From the IMG/VR virus record IMGVR_UViG_3300007363_000002, positions 1 to 55,882 of that record: DNA of 55,882 nucleotides; one strand, written 5' to 3'. The stretch comes from a virus (taxonomy: Duplodnaviria; Caudoviricetes). The position numbers and the translations under genes are program-made. Positions 23,479 through 33,389 of the stretch are shown piece after piece. The first letter of the stretch is position 1. Every line of letters begins with the position of its first letter. The notes under the pieces were generated by a model. That model was given only the letters and a program-made list of their open reading frames with translations. It did not search any database and was not told the origin of the DNA.

Positions 23479-25285
23479 GTGGCCCGGAGGGCTTATCCGT
23501 AAAACACCAGTAACCCCGACCACTTCTGCGGCTCCGGGGATTTGGACATTAGCGGAGGCCGCATACTGGAAAAAGCAGGGGTTATGGCCGACGGCCATAG
23601 CAACCAAAACTGTGTTTCGGACAACGAGCGGCACGTTTACGGTCCCCTCAGATTGGACTGCACCTTGGTCCATCGAAGTCATCGGGGGCGGAGCAGGTGG
23701 CAACACTGCCCGTGCGGGGTCGGGTGGCGGAGGCTATTCTAAGATAACAAATGCAGACGCCACTGTTACCGCAGGGCAGACTGTCTATTCCGTGGTAGGT
23801 GCTGGGGGTGCAACATCCGCCAGTGGTGCCGATACATGGCTTAACCGTACTTCAAACGCGGCTCCCGCTGCTACAACCGACGGCGTATTGGCCAAGGGTG
23901 GCTCTGTTGGCGTCACGACAACCGTAGGCGCAGGTGGCGCGGCAGCTTCTGGTGTTGGCTCTACTAAGTTTTCAGGTGGTACTGGCGGCGCTATCAGCGG
24001 CACGGCAAATGCTGGCGGTGGTGGCGGCGCGGCTGGTACTGGCGGAGACGGTGGTAACGGTGGTCAGGCCAGTGCGACATCCACTACAGGTGGCGGCGGT
24101 GGCGGCTCTAGCGGATATACAACAGGCAATGGCAGCACGGGTAATGCCGGTCAGGCGACCGCTGGTGGTTCGGGCGGGAACGCAAGCGACGGAACAGGCG
24201 GCGGCGCGGGTGCGACATCTTCTACTAATGCTGTTGCTGGCACGGCAGGCACAGGGGCTGGTGGCGGTGGTGGCTTCGGAAGCTCCGCCCGAGGTGGCGC
24301 TAACGGCGGCACGGGTTCCATCTGGGTGCAGACCTCAGACAGCGCGACTGCTGGTCCGGGTGGCGGTGGTGGTGGCGGTGTGGGTTCTGGAAGTGTTGGC
24401 GGAAGCGGCGCATTGTATGGCGGTGCAGGGGGCGGTGCATCAACAGGCGCGGGTGGCAACACAGGCGGTCAGGGTATAATTGTCCTTACGTACGCCGTCG
24501 GTGTGCCAATTACCGCACTAGTCATTGCTGGCGGTGCTAGTGGCGGTCGGAGCAATGGTGGTGGTGGTGGTGCCGGTGGCTATCTCACAAGCACTACAGC
24601 CCTTACCCCGGGGGCGGTATACACCGTAACCGTCGGTGCTGGCGGCGCGTCGGCTAGCGGAACATCACAAGGTAACGACGGCAGCAACTCTGTTCTTTCA
24701 GGAACTGGCCTAAGTGTCACTTCGACTGGCGGCGGTGGCGGCGGAACTCAAAATGGGACCAGCACAGGACGCAATGGCGGCTCCGGTGGCGGTGGCGCTT
24801 ATCCAAGTGGCACAGGCGGTAGCCCCGCATCAGGACAAGGGTTTGCTGGCGGTACCGGCGCGTCCGCGAGCGGTAATGGTGCTGGCGGCGGCGGTGCATC
24901 GGCTGTCGGTATCGGCGCGGATGCTGGGACGAACCCGTGCAAGGGTGGCGACGGCATTGCGTCGTCTATTACCGGCACTTCGGTTACACGCGCTGGCGGC
25001 GGTGGTGGCGGCGGCTTAGACCGCTTTGGCGCTGGCGGTGCTGGCGGCGGCGGCGCAGGCGCTCGGACTTCGGACGCAGTGGCGGGAACTGCTAACACTG
25101 GCGGCGGCGGTGGCGGTGGAAGCAGCGGCCTTGGGACCAATAGCGGCGCAGGCGGCTCTGGCGTGGTCATTATTTCCGTGCCAACAGCCAATTACACTGG
25201 TATAACAACAGGAAGCCCAACGGTAACCACCAGCGGCTCGAACACTATTCTACAGTTTAATTCGTCTGGGAGTTACACAGCATGA
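23468..25285 (+). CDS. Glycine-rich fibre/spike protein 2 (two Gly-rich domains)
   Basis: Two GGGG-rich modules; last 44 aa are 40/44 identical to protein 1. Confidence 0.75.
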   Translation: MANRWPGGLIRKTPVTPTTSAAPGIWTLAEAAYWKKQGLWPTAIATKTVFRTTSGTFTVPSDWTAPWSIEVIGGGAGGNTARAGSGGGGYSKITNADATVTAGQTVYSVVGAGGATSASGADTWLNRTSNAAPAATTDGVLAKGGSVGVTTTVGAGGAAASGVGSTKFSGGTGGAISGTANAGGGGGAAGTGGDGGNGGQASATSTTGGGGGGSSGYTTGNGSTGNAGQATAGGSGGNASDGTGGGAGATSSTNAVAGTAGTGAGGGGGFGSSARGGANGGTGSIWVQTSDSATAGPGGGGGGGVGSGSVGGSGALYGGAGGGASTGAGGNTGGQGIIVLTYAVGVPITALVIAGGASGGRSNGGGGGAGGYLTSTTALTPGAVYTVTVGAGGASASGTSQGNDGSNSVLSGTGLSVTSTGGGGGGTQNGTSTGRNGGSGGGGAYPSGTGGSPASGQGFAGGTGASASGNGAGGGGASAVGIGADAGTNPCKGGDGIASSITGTSVTRAGGGGGGGLDRFGAGGAGGGGAGARTSDAVAGTANTGGGGGGGSSGLGTNSGAGGSGVVIISVPTANYTGITTGSPTVTTSGSNTILQFNSSGSYTA

Positions 25286-25644
25286 TCGAGGAACTTATTA
25301 GCCGCGTGTTTTACGCACGCAACGTGGCGCACTTTGAGCATTGGCGCGCCAAGGGCGACGGCAGCTTCGCAAAGCATATGTCACTGGGCGACTTCTACGA
25401 CGACGTGATCGACGCCATCGACAAGCTCGTGGAGGCCTACCAAGGCGCGTTTGAGCTAATCGGCAACATACCCGCCCCGAAGGTATCCGAGCGTGACGTG
25501 CTGAAGCTCCTAGAGGCTGACGCGGACTGGATTGAAGAGAACCACGAAAGCATCTGCAAACGCAATCGCGCCGTGGGCAACCTCGTCGACGGCGTTACAG
25601 ACACGTATCTGACCACCATATACAAGCTGCGGAACTTAAAATGA
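25282..25644 (+). CDS. Ferritin/Dps-like four-helix protein (DUF5856-like)
   Basis: AHFEHW..SFAKHMSLGDFYD..IDKLVEAYQG..YKLRNL. Confidence 0.7.
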   Translation: MIEELISRVFYARNVAHFEHWRAKGDGSFAKHMSLGDFYDDVIDAIDKLVEAYQGAFELIGNIPAPKVSERDVLKLLEADADWIEENHESICKRNRAVGNLVDGVTDTYLTTIYKLRNLK

Positions 25645-25973
25645 GCGAGGACGTATTCTCTGTCAAGCTCGACGCACTGCACAAAGATGTCGGCGAAGTT
25701 AAGAACGCGCTGAACAAGTTGTCGGACGCAATCACGAAACTCGCCCTCGTCGAACAGCAACAAGGCCAGATAGCCGCCGCGCTGGAGCGGGCATTCAAGG
25801 CAATCAGCAACGTCGAGGACGCGCTCTCCAAGGACTTAAACGCACTCGACGCGCGCGTGACCGAGGTCGAACGGGCGCAACCTAAACACAACAGCGCCGC
25901 CCTCTGGGTCGACCGCGCGTTGGTTGGCCTCGCTGGCGCGGGCATGGCGTTAATAGCTAAGGGCGTAATATGA
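25641..25973 (+). CDS. Coiled-coil protein with a C-terminal transmembrane segment (lysis module)
   Basis: Heptad region followed by ALVGLAGAGMALIA; immediately upstream of the endolysin. Confidence 0.6.
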   Translation: MSEDVFSVKLDALHKDVGEVKNALNKLSDAITKLALVEQQQGQIAAALERAFKAISNVEDALSKDLNALDARVTEVERAQPKHNSAALWVDRALVGLAGAGMALIAKGVI

Positions 25974-26452
25974 CCGAACCAAGGTGGCTAAAGGTCGCGG
26001 AAACCTACATCGGCTTGTCCGAGATCCGTGGGCCAAAGCACAACTCGAAAATTATTGGCTGGCTTGAAAAGCTGGGCGCGTGGTGGCGCGACGATGAAAC
26101 CCCTTGGTGCGGCGTCTTTGCGGCGCACTGCATGAAGGACGTCGGCCTGCCTTACCCCAAGTACTACATGCGCGCGAAGGCATGGTCTGACTACGGCTCG
26201 CTGCTGCGTTCCGACCGCCTTGCGCCGGGCGCAATTCTCGTGTTCGACCGCGCCGGTGGTGGCCACGTCGGCTTCTACGTCGGCGAGGACGCCGAGCATT
26301 ATTACGTTCTGGGCGGCAATCAGAAAAATTCTGTCAAGGTAATGAAGTTGGGCAAAAGCCGTTTGGAAACATCGCGCTGGCCAAAGGGCGAGCCGGTGAT
26401 CGGCAAGCCTGTTTATTTGAAGGGTGGGGATGTCTCCACAGATGAAGCATGA
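25970..26452 (+). CDS. Endolysin, TIGR02594/NlpC-P60/CHAP-like peptidase
   Basis: DDETPWCG (catalytic Cys), GHVGF (His), LGGNQ. Confidence 0.85.
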   Translation: MTEPRWLKVAETYIGLSEIRGPKHNSKIIGWLEKLGAWWRDDETPWCGVFAAHCMKDVGLPYPKYYMRAKAWSDYGSLLRSDRLAPGAILVFDRAGGGHVGFYVGEDAEHYYVLGGNQKNSVKVMKLGKSRLETSRWPKGEPVIGKPVYLKGGDVSTDEA

Positions 26453-26709
26453 GCATTAAAGCCAGCTTTCTTGCCGCACAAGAGGCCGCTCTGTGCGCCA
26501 TCCGTAAGTGGTGGCGTCCGATTACGTGTATCTGGATCGCAGGAACAATGGCGGTGCATGGCGTAATACTGCCTTTGCTGATGTTTTTCCGCAAGGGTGA
26601 GATGCCCACAGACCTGACAGGTCTTTCACTGCTAGTGACAGCCATAGCAGGCGCATTCGCGGTGCGCGAGTGGGGCAAGATTAAAGGGGTGTCAAACAAT
26701 GATGCTTAA
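26449..26709 (+). CDS. Holin
   Basis: WRP motif, two transmembrane helices and a basic C-terminus. Confidence 0.7.
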   Translation: MSIKASFLAAQEAALCAIRKWWRPITCIWIAGTMAVHGVILPLLMFFRKGEMPTDLTGLSLLVTAIAGAFAVREWGKIKGVSNNDA

Positions 26710-27094
26710 GCCCTTCCTGCCATACATCGCGGCGGCCGCGCTTGTCGTTAGCGCAGCTTCTGGCTACAAAGTCCGCGATTGGCAGTGCGACGCCGCATAC
26801 GCGAAGGCTTTGGAAAAAGCCGGAAAGCTCAATGCCAAAAAACAAGAGGTCTTAGACAATGTTTCGCAAGCCTACGAAATTGAACGGAATAAAGCCGATG
26901 TGGTGGCAACCGAACGAACCAACACCATTCGTGAAATATACAAAACGGTTCCTGCCGTTCCTGTTGATTGTGCTGCTCCTGATGCTTTGCGGAGGCTGCT
27001 CGAAAGCAGTGTCCGTGACGCCAATGCCGCTGCCGCCAGCCAACTTGGCGTCACCGTGCCAAACACTGCAAACCCCGCCAACGGTGTTGATTGA
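26699..27094 (+). CDS. Rz: Inner-membrane spanin
   Basis: N-terminal transmembrane segment, periplasmic helix and late Cys; follows the holin. Confidence 0.7.
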   Translation: MMLKPFLPYIAAAALVVSAASGYKVRDWQCDAAYAKALEKAGKLNAKKQEVLDNVSQAYEIERNKADVVATERTNTIREIYKTVPAVPVDCAAPDALRRLLESSVRDANAAAASQLGVTVPNTANPANGVD

Positions 27095-27203
27095 CCCAGA
27101 AAGAGCACTTTGGGAAGCCGACATTATCGCAAAATACGCAGATTGCAGCCTAAAGCATCGCTTGACAATCAAAGCGTGGGGAGACGCCGCACGCGTCAAG
27201 TGA
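26931..27203 (+). CDS. Rz1: Outer-membrane lipoprotein spanin overlapping Rz
   Basis: GTG start, signal KYTKRFLPFLLIVLLLMLCGGC, Pro-rich mature region with Cys residues. Confidence 0.7.
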   Translation: MKYTKRFLPFLLIVLLLMLCGGCSKAVSVTPMPLPPANLASPCQTLQTPPTVLIDPERALWEADIIAKYADCSLKHRLTIKAWGDAARVK

Positions 27204-27232
27204 CGTAAACGCTACCGCTCGAAAGGTCTCTA

Positions 27233-28414
27233 ATGCCTAAAATCATAAAAGTAGACGAGAAGCTCTTTGACTACTGTACGGAAAACCAGCGCAAAGTCCT
27301 CGACGCGATAATCCTTCACGGCGGCGCGAAGGCCGCCGATGGCGCGCTTGGCCTGTACAAAGGCGGCGCGTCGGAGATATACAACAACGTCAAGAACAAG
27401 GCCGCGAAGGCCGGATACGCACCCGAATTTGACTTTACGCGGCCCGTGCCCGACGGCTTTATCGCCAAGGGCGTGTCCAGCTATTACAAGGCAACGGAAA
27501 CCCAACCCGCGCAGTGGGTCAAGGCCTCTCTCGACGCGGCTCGGCAGCAGGAGATATTCAAGGCTGCCGTCGAAGCGATGTCGAGCACCTTGCCGCGCCT
27601 CGAGCCTATCGTCGCGCCGGAGCAATTCAACGCCGATTTGCTGACGCTGTACACGCTAACCGACGCGCACATCGGCATGTTGGCATGGCATCGCGAGAAC
27701 ATGCAAGCCGACTGGGATTTGCAGATCGCCGAGGCCGTCATCGTTGGCTGCTTTGAGCAGATCATTAAATGCTCGCCAGACAGCGAGACAGCCGTGCTGA
27801 ACCAACTCGGCGACTTGCTGCACTATGACGGCCTGTCGGCTGTTACGCCCACCAGCGGACACGTATTGGACGCTGACGGTCGCTTCACCAAGATGGTCGA
27901 AGTCGCCGTTCGGGTTCTGCGCCGCATCATCAATATGCTGCTCGCCAAGCACAAGACCGTCCATATAATCCTCGCCGAAGGCAACCACGACATGGCGTCG
28001 TCCGTCTGGCTGCGCACGATGTTTAAGGCGCTGTACGAGAACGAGCCGCGCATCACCGTGGACGACAGCGCGCTGCCGTATTACGCGTACGAATTTGGCG
28101 ACGTCATGCTCACCTTCCACCACAGCCATTTGAAGAAGTTTGGCGCGATGCGCGAGATCATTCCGGCCATGTTCGCCGAGATATGGGGTCGTACGAAGAA
28201 ACGCTACTGCCACACCGGAAACTACCACCACACCAAGGAAGAAGAGCACGCGGGCATGAAGGTGTTCCAACACCCGACACTGGCCGCTCGCGATGCCTAC
28301 GCCTCTCGCGGCGCGTGGTTCTCGGACAGGGAAGTTTGCTCGATCACGTACCATAAAAAGTTCGGTCAGGGACTGCGTGTGTACGCTTGCCCTGAAATGC
28401 TGGATGCCGTATGA
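27233..28414 (+). CDS. Calcineurin-like metallophosphoesterase with an N-terminal HTH-like region
   Basis: DAHIG, GDLLH, GNHD, HHSH and GNYHH motifs. Confidence 0.8.
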   Translation: MPKIIKVDEKLFDYCTENQRKVLDAIILHGGAKAADGALGLYKGGASEIYNNVKNKAAKAGYAPEFDFTRPVPDGFIAKGVSSYYKATETQPAQWVKASLDAARQQEIFKAAVEAMSSTLPRLEPIVAPEQFNADLLTLYTLTDAHIGMLAWHRENMQADWDLQIAEAVIVGCFEQIIKCSPDSETAVLNQLGDLLHYDGLSAVTPTSGHVLDADGRFTKMVEVAVRVLRRIINMLLAKHKTVHIILAEGNHDMASSVWLRTMFKALYENEPRITVDDSALPYYAYEFGDVMLTFHHSHLKKFGAMREIIPAMFAEIWGRTKKRYCHTGNYHHTKEEEHAGMKVFQHPTLAARDAYASRGAWFSDREVCSITYHKKFGQGLRVYACPEMLDAV

Positions 28415-28468
28415 TGAATGCGGGTTTTCTGGTGCGCAAAACATAAAAATCTGATATAGGGGCGAGCT

Positions 28469-29122
28469 ATGGCCACTACGATGACATTCGCGACGTTGAA
28501 ACAAGACGTGCAACGCTACCTTGAGCGCGGCAACACGCTTGCGTCTGACCCCATTGTCTTTGAGCAAATCCCCCGCTTAATCAACCTCGCCGAGCGTCGC
28601 ATCGCTCGCGAGCTTAAAATTGAGGGCTTCATCAACGTCGTAACCGGCACGCTCTCTGCGGGCCAATCCGTATACCCCAAGCCCGACCGCTGGCGCGATA
28701 CGGTGTCGATGAGCATTGGCACCGGCACGGGGAACAACACTCGCAAAGTCCTGTTCTCCCGCGTGTACGAATATCTGCGGTCCTACTGGCCGAATGCCTT
28801 AGAGACGGACGTGCCCCTCTTCTACAGCGACTATGACTACAGCCACTGGTTGCTGGCCCCGACACCGGACGCCGACTACCCGTTTGAGATCCTGTACTAC
28901 GAACTGCCGCCGCTGCTCGATGAGAGCGTGCAGACCAACTGGATCACCGAATACGCCCCGCAGCTCTTGCTCTATGGCACGCTGGTTGAGGCAACGCCGT
29001 TCCTGAAGAACGACGAACGCATCCCAGTTTGGCAGAACATGTACGACCGCGCGGCGGCAATGTTGAACGGCGAAGACCTCGCCAAAATCCTAGACCGATC
29101 CGCCGTGCGCAAGGAGGCGTAA
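28469..29122 (+). CDS. Tail tubular/adaptor protein
   Basis: FEQIPRLINLAERRIAREL..LAPTPD..LLLYGTLVEA motif. Confidence 0.65.
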   Translation: MATTMTFATLKQDVQRYLERGNTLASDPIVFEQIPRLINLAERRIARELKIEGFINVVTGTLSAGQSVYPKPDRWRDTVSMSIGTGTGNNTRKVLFSRVYEYLRSYWPNALETDVPLFYSDYDYSHWLLAPTPDADYPFEILYYELPPLLDESVQTNWITEYAPQLLLYGTLVEATPFLKNDERIPVWQNMYDRAAAMLNGEDLAKILDRSAVRKEA

Positions 29123-29124
29123 CA

Positions 29125-30813
29125 ATGTCCACGTCATTTACTCAAGTCTTCGGCGGTACGACAATCTACCCCTCGGACGTGTCGTATCTCGCCCTACCGC
29201 TGACCGCCAACACCACCCTCCAGTGGCCGCTTGAGGCCACCACGGGGAACAACATCGTCGCACGCATCATCGACGTCACACCGACGGGCGCGTACACCAT
29301 AACGATGCCAGACGCGACCGAGGTGGGTGTCGGCCAGACGGTCCTGTTCAACAACCTCGGGCCGAGCACCATCAGCGTCAACAGCGCCTCCGGCACCCCA
29401 ATTCTGAGCATTGCTGCGGGCGAGCAGTGGCAGTGCTATCTTATCAACAATACGACTGTCGGCGGCACGTGGCGCACGTTCCGCTACGGCGCTGCGGTAG
29501 CTCAGGCTCAGGCCGCCGCTCTGGCTGGCGCTGGTTTAGTCGCGGACGGCTCAACCCTCGCGCAGAATTACGACGTCGCTGACTTCTCCGTTACGCCGTA
29601 CAATTCAACGACTGCCGACCGCGCCAAGGTCTTTGTCTGGACTGGCGGCCTTGGCACCTTCAATTTGCCGACTGCCGTCTCCGCTGGCGACGGCTGGTTT
29701 GTTCAGTTACGCAACGGCGGCCAAGGCGACCTGACCGTCGATCCTTCCGGCTCCGAGCTTATCAACGCCGCGTCCACGCTCCTCTTGCAACCGGGCGACA
29801 GCGCCGTGGTCGTAAGCGACGGCGTCCAGTGGTACACAATCGGCCTCGGCCAACAGGCGGTCTTCGCCTTCGACTATACGTCGATTGCCGTCACCGGCGG
29901 CACGTACACGCTCGCTGGCTCTGAGCTGAACCGTATCGCGTACAAGTTCACGGGCACGCTGGCGTCCAACGCCGAAATCGTCGTGCCCGCAACGGTGCAG
30001 CAGTACTGGGTCAACAACGCCACGACCGGCGCGTTCACGCTCGGCGTGAAAACTGCCAGCGGCGCTGCCACTTTGGTGGACCAAGGTTCAACGGCCATCC
30101 TGTACTGCGACGGCACGAACATCATCTCGGCGACCACTTCGGCAGCCTTTGCGGGCATCTTGCCTGTAACGCAGGGCGGAACAGGCGCGACTACCGCGTC
30201 CGGTGCGCGCACCAACCTCGGAGCGACAGGTGTTGGCTCCGCGCTGTTCACCGCCGCGTCCGCCGGAAGCGCGCGTTCGACCATCTCGGCGGCGGCCTCT
30301 GGGGCCAACAGCGACATCACGTCACTGACGGGCCTCACAACGCCACTGAGCGTTGCGCAGGGCGGCACGGGCGCATCGACTGCGGGTGGCGCGTTGACTA
30401 ACCTCGGCGCGGCTGCCTCTGGCGCGAACACTGACATCACCGCACTCGACCAAGACGTGACGATCACAGCCACGGGGACCATCGCGGCGGGCACTCTCGG
30501 CTATCGCGGATTGCCGCAGAACGCCCAGACCGGCGCTTACACGCTGGCGCTGTCTGACGCGGGCAAGCAGGTTGCCAACACGACCGGCGGCTGGGTTATC
30601 CCTGCCAACGCCTCTGTCGCGTTCCCTATCGGAACAGCGGTCGTCCTCTATAACGACAGCGGAAGCAGCCAAACGGTGTCCATCACCTCGGACACGTTGC
30701 GCCAAGCTGGAACTGCCAACACAGGAACTCGCACACTTGCGCAATATGGCCTAGCAACGTGCACCAAAGTGTCCTCAACGACTTGGGTTATCACCGGCGC
30801 GGGTCTCAGCTAA
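29125..30813 (+). CDS. Tail fibre/spike protein
   Basis: AGGAGG SD; ARTNLGA..ASGANSDITSL repeats shared with the 19601 fibre; terminal FPIGT..LAQYGLAT domain. Confidence 0.75.
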   Translation: MSTSFTQVFGGTTIYPSDVSYLALPLTANTTLQWPLEATTGNNIVARIIDVTPTGAYTITMPDATEVGVGQTVLFNNLGPSTISVNSASGTPILSIAAGEQWQCYLINNTTVGGTWRTFRYGAAVAQAQAAALAGAGLVADGSTLAQNYDVADFSVTPYNSTTADRAKVFVWTGGLGTFNLPTAVSAGDGWFVQLRNGGQGDLTVDPSGSELINAASTLLLQPGDSAVVVSDGVQWYTIGLGQQAVFAFDYTSIAVTGGTYTLAGSELNRIAYKFTGTLASNAEIVVPATVQQYWVNNATTGAFTLGVKTASGAATLVDQGSTAILYCDGTNIISATTSAAFAGILPVTQGGTGATTASGARTNLGATGVGSALFTAASAGSARSTISAAASGANSDITSLTGLTTPLSVAQGGTGASTAGGALTNLGAAASGANTDITALDQDVTITATGTIAAGTLGYRGLPQNAQTGAYTLALSDAGKQVANTTGGWVIPANASVAFPIGTAVVLYNDSGSSQTVSITSDTLRQAGTANTGTRTLAQYGLATCTKVSSTTWVITGAGLS

Positions 30814-31214
30814 TGACTGGGGTTATATGCGCTCTGGCTGGAAGCGGCGGCTCGGTATATGCCGGAACCGCAACGGTAACTGTTGGCTACTTAGCGGCAG
30901 GTTCTTTTTACAGCTACGGTTTTGGTGCCGGTGGTCAAGGAAGTATCGACCCAGCGACGTGGGCGAATAGCGGCCTGAATGTCGCTGAACTTAAAGATGT
31001 GTATTTTAATTTTAATCCAATTTATCTATTCTTTAGCGTATCAGGAAGCGCGCCTAATTCTGGATGGGAAACGCTGACTGTTGGCGGCACTACGTTAAAC
31101 CGCGTTGATGCTTCTTACGCCAACAACGGGTCGGTAACGTCATGGACATTTAACGGTGCGCCCACCGTGTTCGGCACGACCGTTGGCGACACGAGGTCAA
31201 TCGTATGGGCATAA
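30813..31214 (+). CDS. Probable fibre tip/receptor-binding protein
   Basis: TAATG coupling; beta-rich; lower GC than flanking genes. Confidence 0.55.
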   Translation: MTGVICALAGSGGSVYAGTATVTVGYLAAGSFYSYGFGAGGQGSIDPATWANSGLNVAELKDVYFNFNPIYLFFSVSGSAPNSGWETLTVGGTTLNRVDASYANNGSVTSWTFNGAPTVFGTTVGDTRSIVWA

Positions 31215-31381
31215 CGATCTTCTATCCAGCAAATGAAGCTGAATGGTACGCCAAGGGTACGTTTGAGGACGGCACCTACTTTGAAGTGCCTGCGGTGTTC
31301 AACCCAGATGGCACTTGTGATACGGCCGCTACTGACGTTAAAGTGCAGCTCCTAATCTTTGCCTTGAGTGAAAAAAGCTAA
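31205..31381 (+). CDS. 58-aa protein (not in ORF track)
   Basis: MGITIFYPANEAEWYAKGTFEDGTYFEVPAVFNPDGTCD...; GAGG SD; TAATG coupling to the next gene. Confidence 0.6.
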   Translation: MGITIFYPANEAEWYAKGTFEDGTYFEVPAVFNPDGTCDTAATDVKVQLLIFALSEKS

Positions 31382-33156
31382 TGGCCGAACAGATCGTACA
31401 GATTAAATCGCTGCCCGGCATCAAGCGGGACGGGACGAAGTTCGAGGGCGACCAGTACGTCGACGGGCAGTGGGTGCGCTTCCAGCGCGGCCTGCCGCGT
31501 AAGATCGGCGGCTACCGCTCGATCAACAAGTTCCTGCGCGGCCTGCCGCGTGCGCTGCACGAATACACGCAGGATCTGCTGACCTACGTCCACGCCGGAT
31601 CGGCTGACCGCCTCGAGCGCTTCTTCATCGACAGCACGTACAACACGAGCGTCATCACCGACCGCACGCCCTCGTCGGGCTTTACGGTTGCCGACGGCAA
31701 CCTCTGGCAGTTCGCCACGGCGTACGACACGACGAACGGCAACCAGATCGTCGCGCAAGTCGCACCGAACCTCGGCTGCATCTGCAACAGCGACGGCGGC
31801 GCACTCTTCGTCGGCGACCTCCTCGGCACGTCTGCCCTGACGCAAGTCACCACGGTGCCCTCGAACTTCAGCGTCACGGGCGGTGTTGTGTCTCTGCCGC
31901 CGTACACGTTCGCCTTCGGCAACGACGGCTACGCGGCGTGGTCCGTTCCCAACAAGCCGAGCGACTTTACCGGCTCCGGCGCGGGCAACGCGTACATCAC
32001 CGGCCAGAAGGTCGTTAAGGCGATGCCGCTGCGCGGCGGCCCCGGCAACAGCCCGTCCGGCCTCTTCTGGTCGGCGGACAGCCTCATTCGCGGCACGTAC
32101 GTCGGCGGCACGCCGGTGTTCCAGTTCGACACAATTAGCGCGCAGTCGTCCATCCTGTCGGCCGCGTCCGTCATTGAGTACGACGGCATCTTCTATTGGA
32201 TCGGCACCGACCGCTTCCTGATGTTCAACGGCGTCGTGCGCGAAGTCGAGAACAACATGAACATCAACTTCTTCTTCGACAACCTGAACTATGCGCAGCG
32301 CCAGAAGGTGTTCGCATACAAGGTTCCGCGCTTCGGCGAGATCTGGTGGTGCTTCCCGTTCGGCGACAGTCTCGAGCCAAACCACGCCGTCATCTATAAC
32401 GTGCGCGAGAACTCATGGTACGACACCGCACTGCCCAACGGCGGACGCGGCGCGGGCCTATTCCCCTCCGTGTTTAGCAAGCCGCTCCTGTCTGGCGTTG
32501 AGCCGCAAGAGGCCCAAGCAGTCAGCGTCGCCATCAACGCGGCGGGAACCGGCTACACCGCAGGCGACACGCTCGACGTCGTGGGTGGTCTCGGCCCGAT
32601 TACGACCGAACTGACGGTGACAACCGTCAACGGCTCAGGCGGCGTTACTGGCGTAACAATCAGCAACGCGGGTCAATACGCTGAGATACCCACCAGCCCC
32701 GTCAGCGTGACTGGCGGATCGGGCAGCGCGGCCACGTTCGACCTGACGTTCGACAACCCCTACAAGTTCTGGGTTCACGAGGTCGGCACCGACGAAATCG
32801 ACGGCCTGACGCTCAACCCGATACAGTCGTACTTTGAGACGGCCGACCTGTCCTTGCCCGTCACGTCCGGCATCAACAAGTCCATGCAGGTCTTGATGCT
32901 TGAGCCGGACTTCGTGCAGAGCGGCGACATGACTGTGCAGGTCATGGGCCGAGCCAACGCCCGCGCCCAAGAGGTCAACGGCGAGATTATGACGTTTGTG
33001 GAGACGCCGCAGACGCCGCAGGAGCAGGTCGTCTTCCTCAAGACACAGCGGCGCGAGCTGCGCTTCCGCTTTGAGAGCAACACCCTCGGCGGCAACTATC
33101 AGATGGGCCTTGTGCTTGCGCACGTCCAGCCCGGCGACGGGACGACACTGGGATGA
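31381..33156 (+). CDS. Tail hub/DNA stabilisation protein (P22 gp10-like)
   Basis: PGIKRDGT..WVRFQRGLPRKIGG; FGEIWWCFP..VIYN; beta-propeller-like composition. Confidence 0.7.
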   Translation: MAEQIVQIKSLPGIKRDGTKFEGDQYVDGQWVRFQRGLPRKIGGYRSINKFLRGLPRALHEYTQDLLTYVHAGSADRLERFFIDSTYNTSVITDRTPSSGFTVADGNLWQFATAYDTTNGNQIVAQVAPNLGCICNSDGGALFVGDLLGTSALTQVTTVPSNFSVTGGVVSLPPYTFAFGNDGYAAWSVPNKPSDFTGSGAGNAYITGQKVVKAMPLRGGPGNSPSGLFWSADSLIRGTYVGGTPVFQFDTISAQSSILSAASVIEYDGIFYWIGTDRFLMFNGVVREVENNMNINFFFDNLNYAQRQKVFAYKVPRFGEIWWCFPFGDSLEPNHAVIYNVRENSWYDTALPNGGRGAGLFPSVFSKPLLSGVEPQEAQAVSVAINAAGTGYTAGDTLDVVGGLGPITTELTVTTVNGSGGVTGVTISNAGQYAEIPTSPVSVTGGSGSAATFDLTFDNPYKFWVHEVGTDEIDGLTLNPIQSYFETADLSLPVTSGINKSMQVLMLEPDFVQSGDMTVQVMGRANARAQEVNGEIMTFVETPQTPQEQVVFLKTQRRELRFRFESNTLGGNYQMGLVLAHVQPGDGTTLG

Positions 33157-33389
33157 TCGACCCTCGCGGCATGACATGGGACGACTGGGCGGCTTCAGTT
33201 ATCCTGTCGGTCAACGACGCGTGGTCGTTCGGCGTCCCACCCGAAGAGGCCGAGTGGCAAGGCTGGGCTATAGGGCTGCTGCGTGCCTCCCCATTTACGC
33301 AACAAATTATTCCCGACCCATACCAGTTCTCTGATTGGCGTGAGTGGGGAATGCGTGTATATCCAATGCTCGAAGGTACAAGCTCATGA
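33153..33389 (+). CDS. Small Trp-rich virion-module protein
   Basis: WDDWA..WQGWA..PDPYQFSDWREW. Confidence 0.7.
   Translation: MIDPRGMTWDDWAASVILSVNDAWSFGVPPEEAEWQGWAIGLLRASPFTQQIIPDPYQFSDWREWGMRVYPMLEGTSS

Noticed and set aside
22256-25285. Repeated fibre 3' ends as a diversity-generating retroelement TR/VR pair
   Set aside because: There is no reverse transcriptase, both copies are coding, and the differences are mostly synonymous rather than adenine-specific.
26699-27203. Overlapping reading frames in the lysis cassette as a novel dual-coding region
   Set aside because: This is the well-known Rz/Rz1 spanin arrangement.
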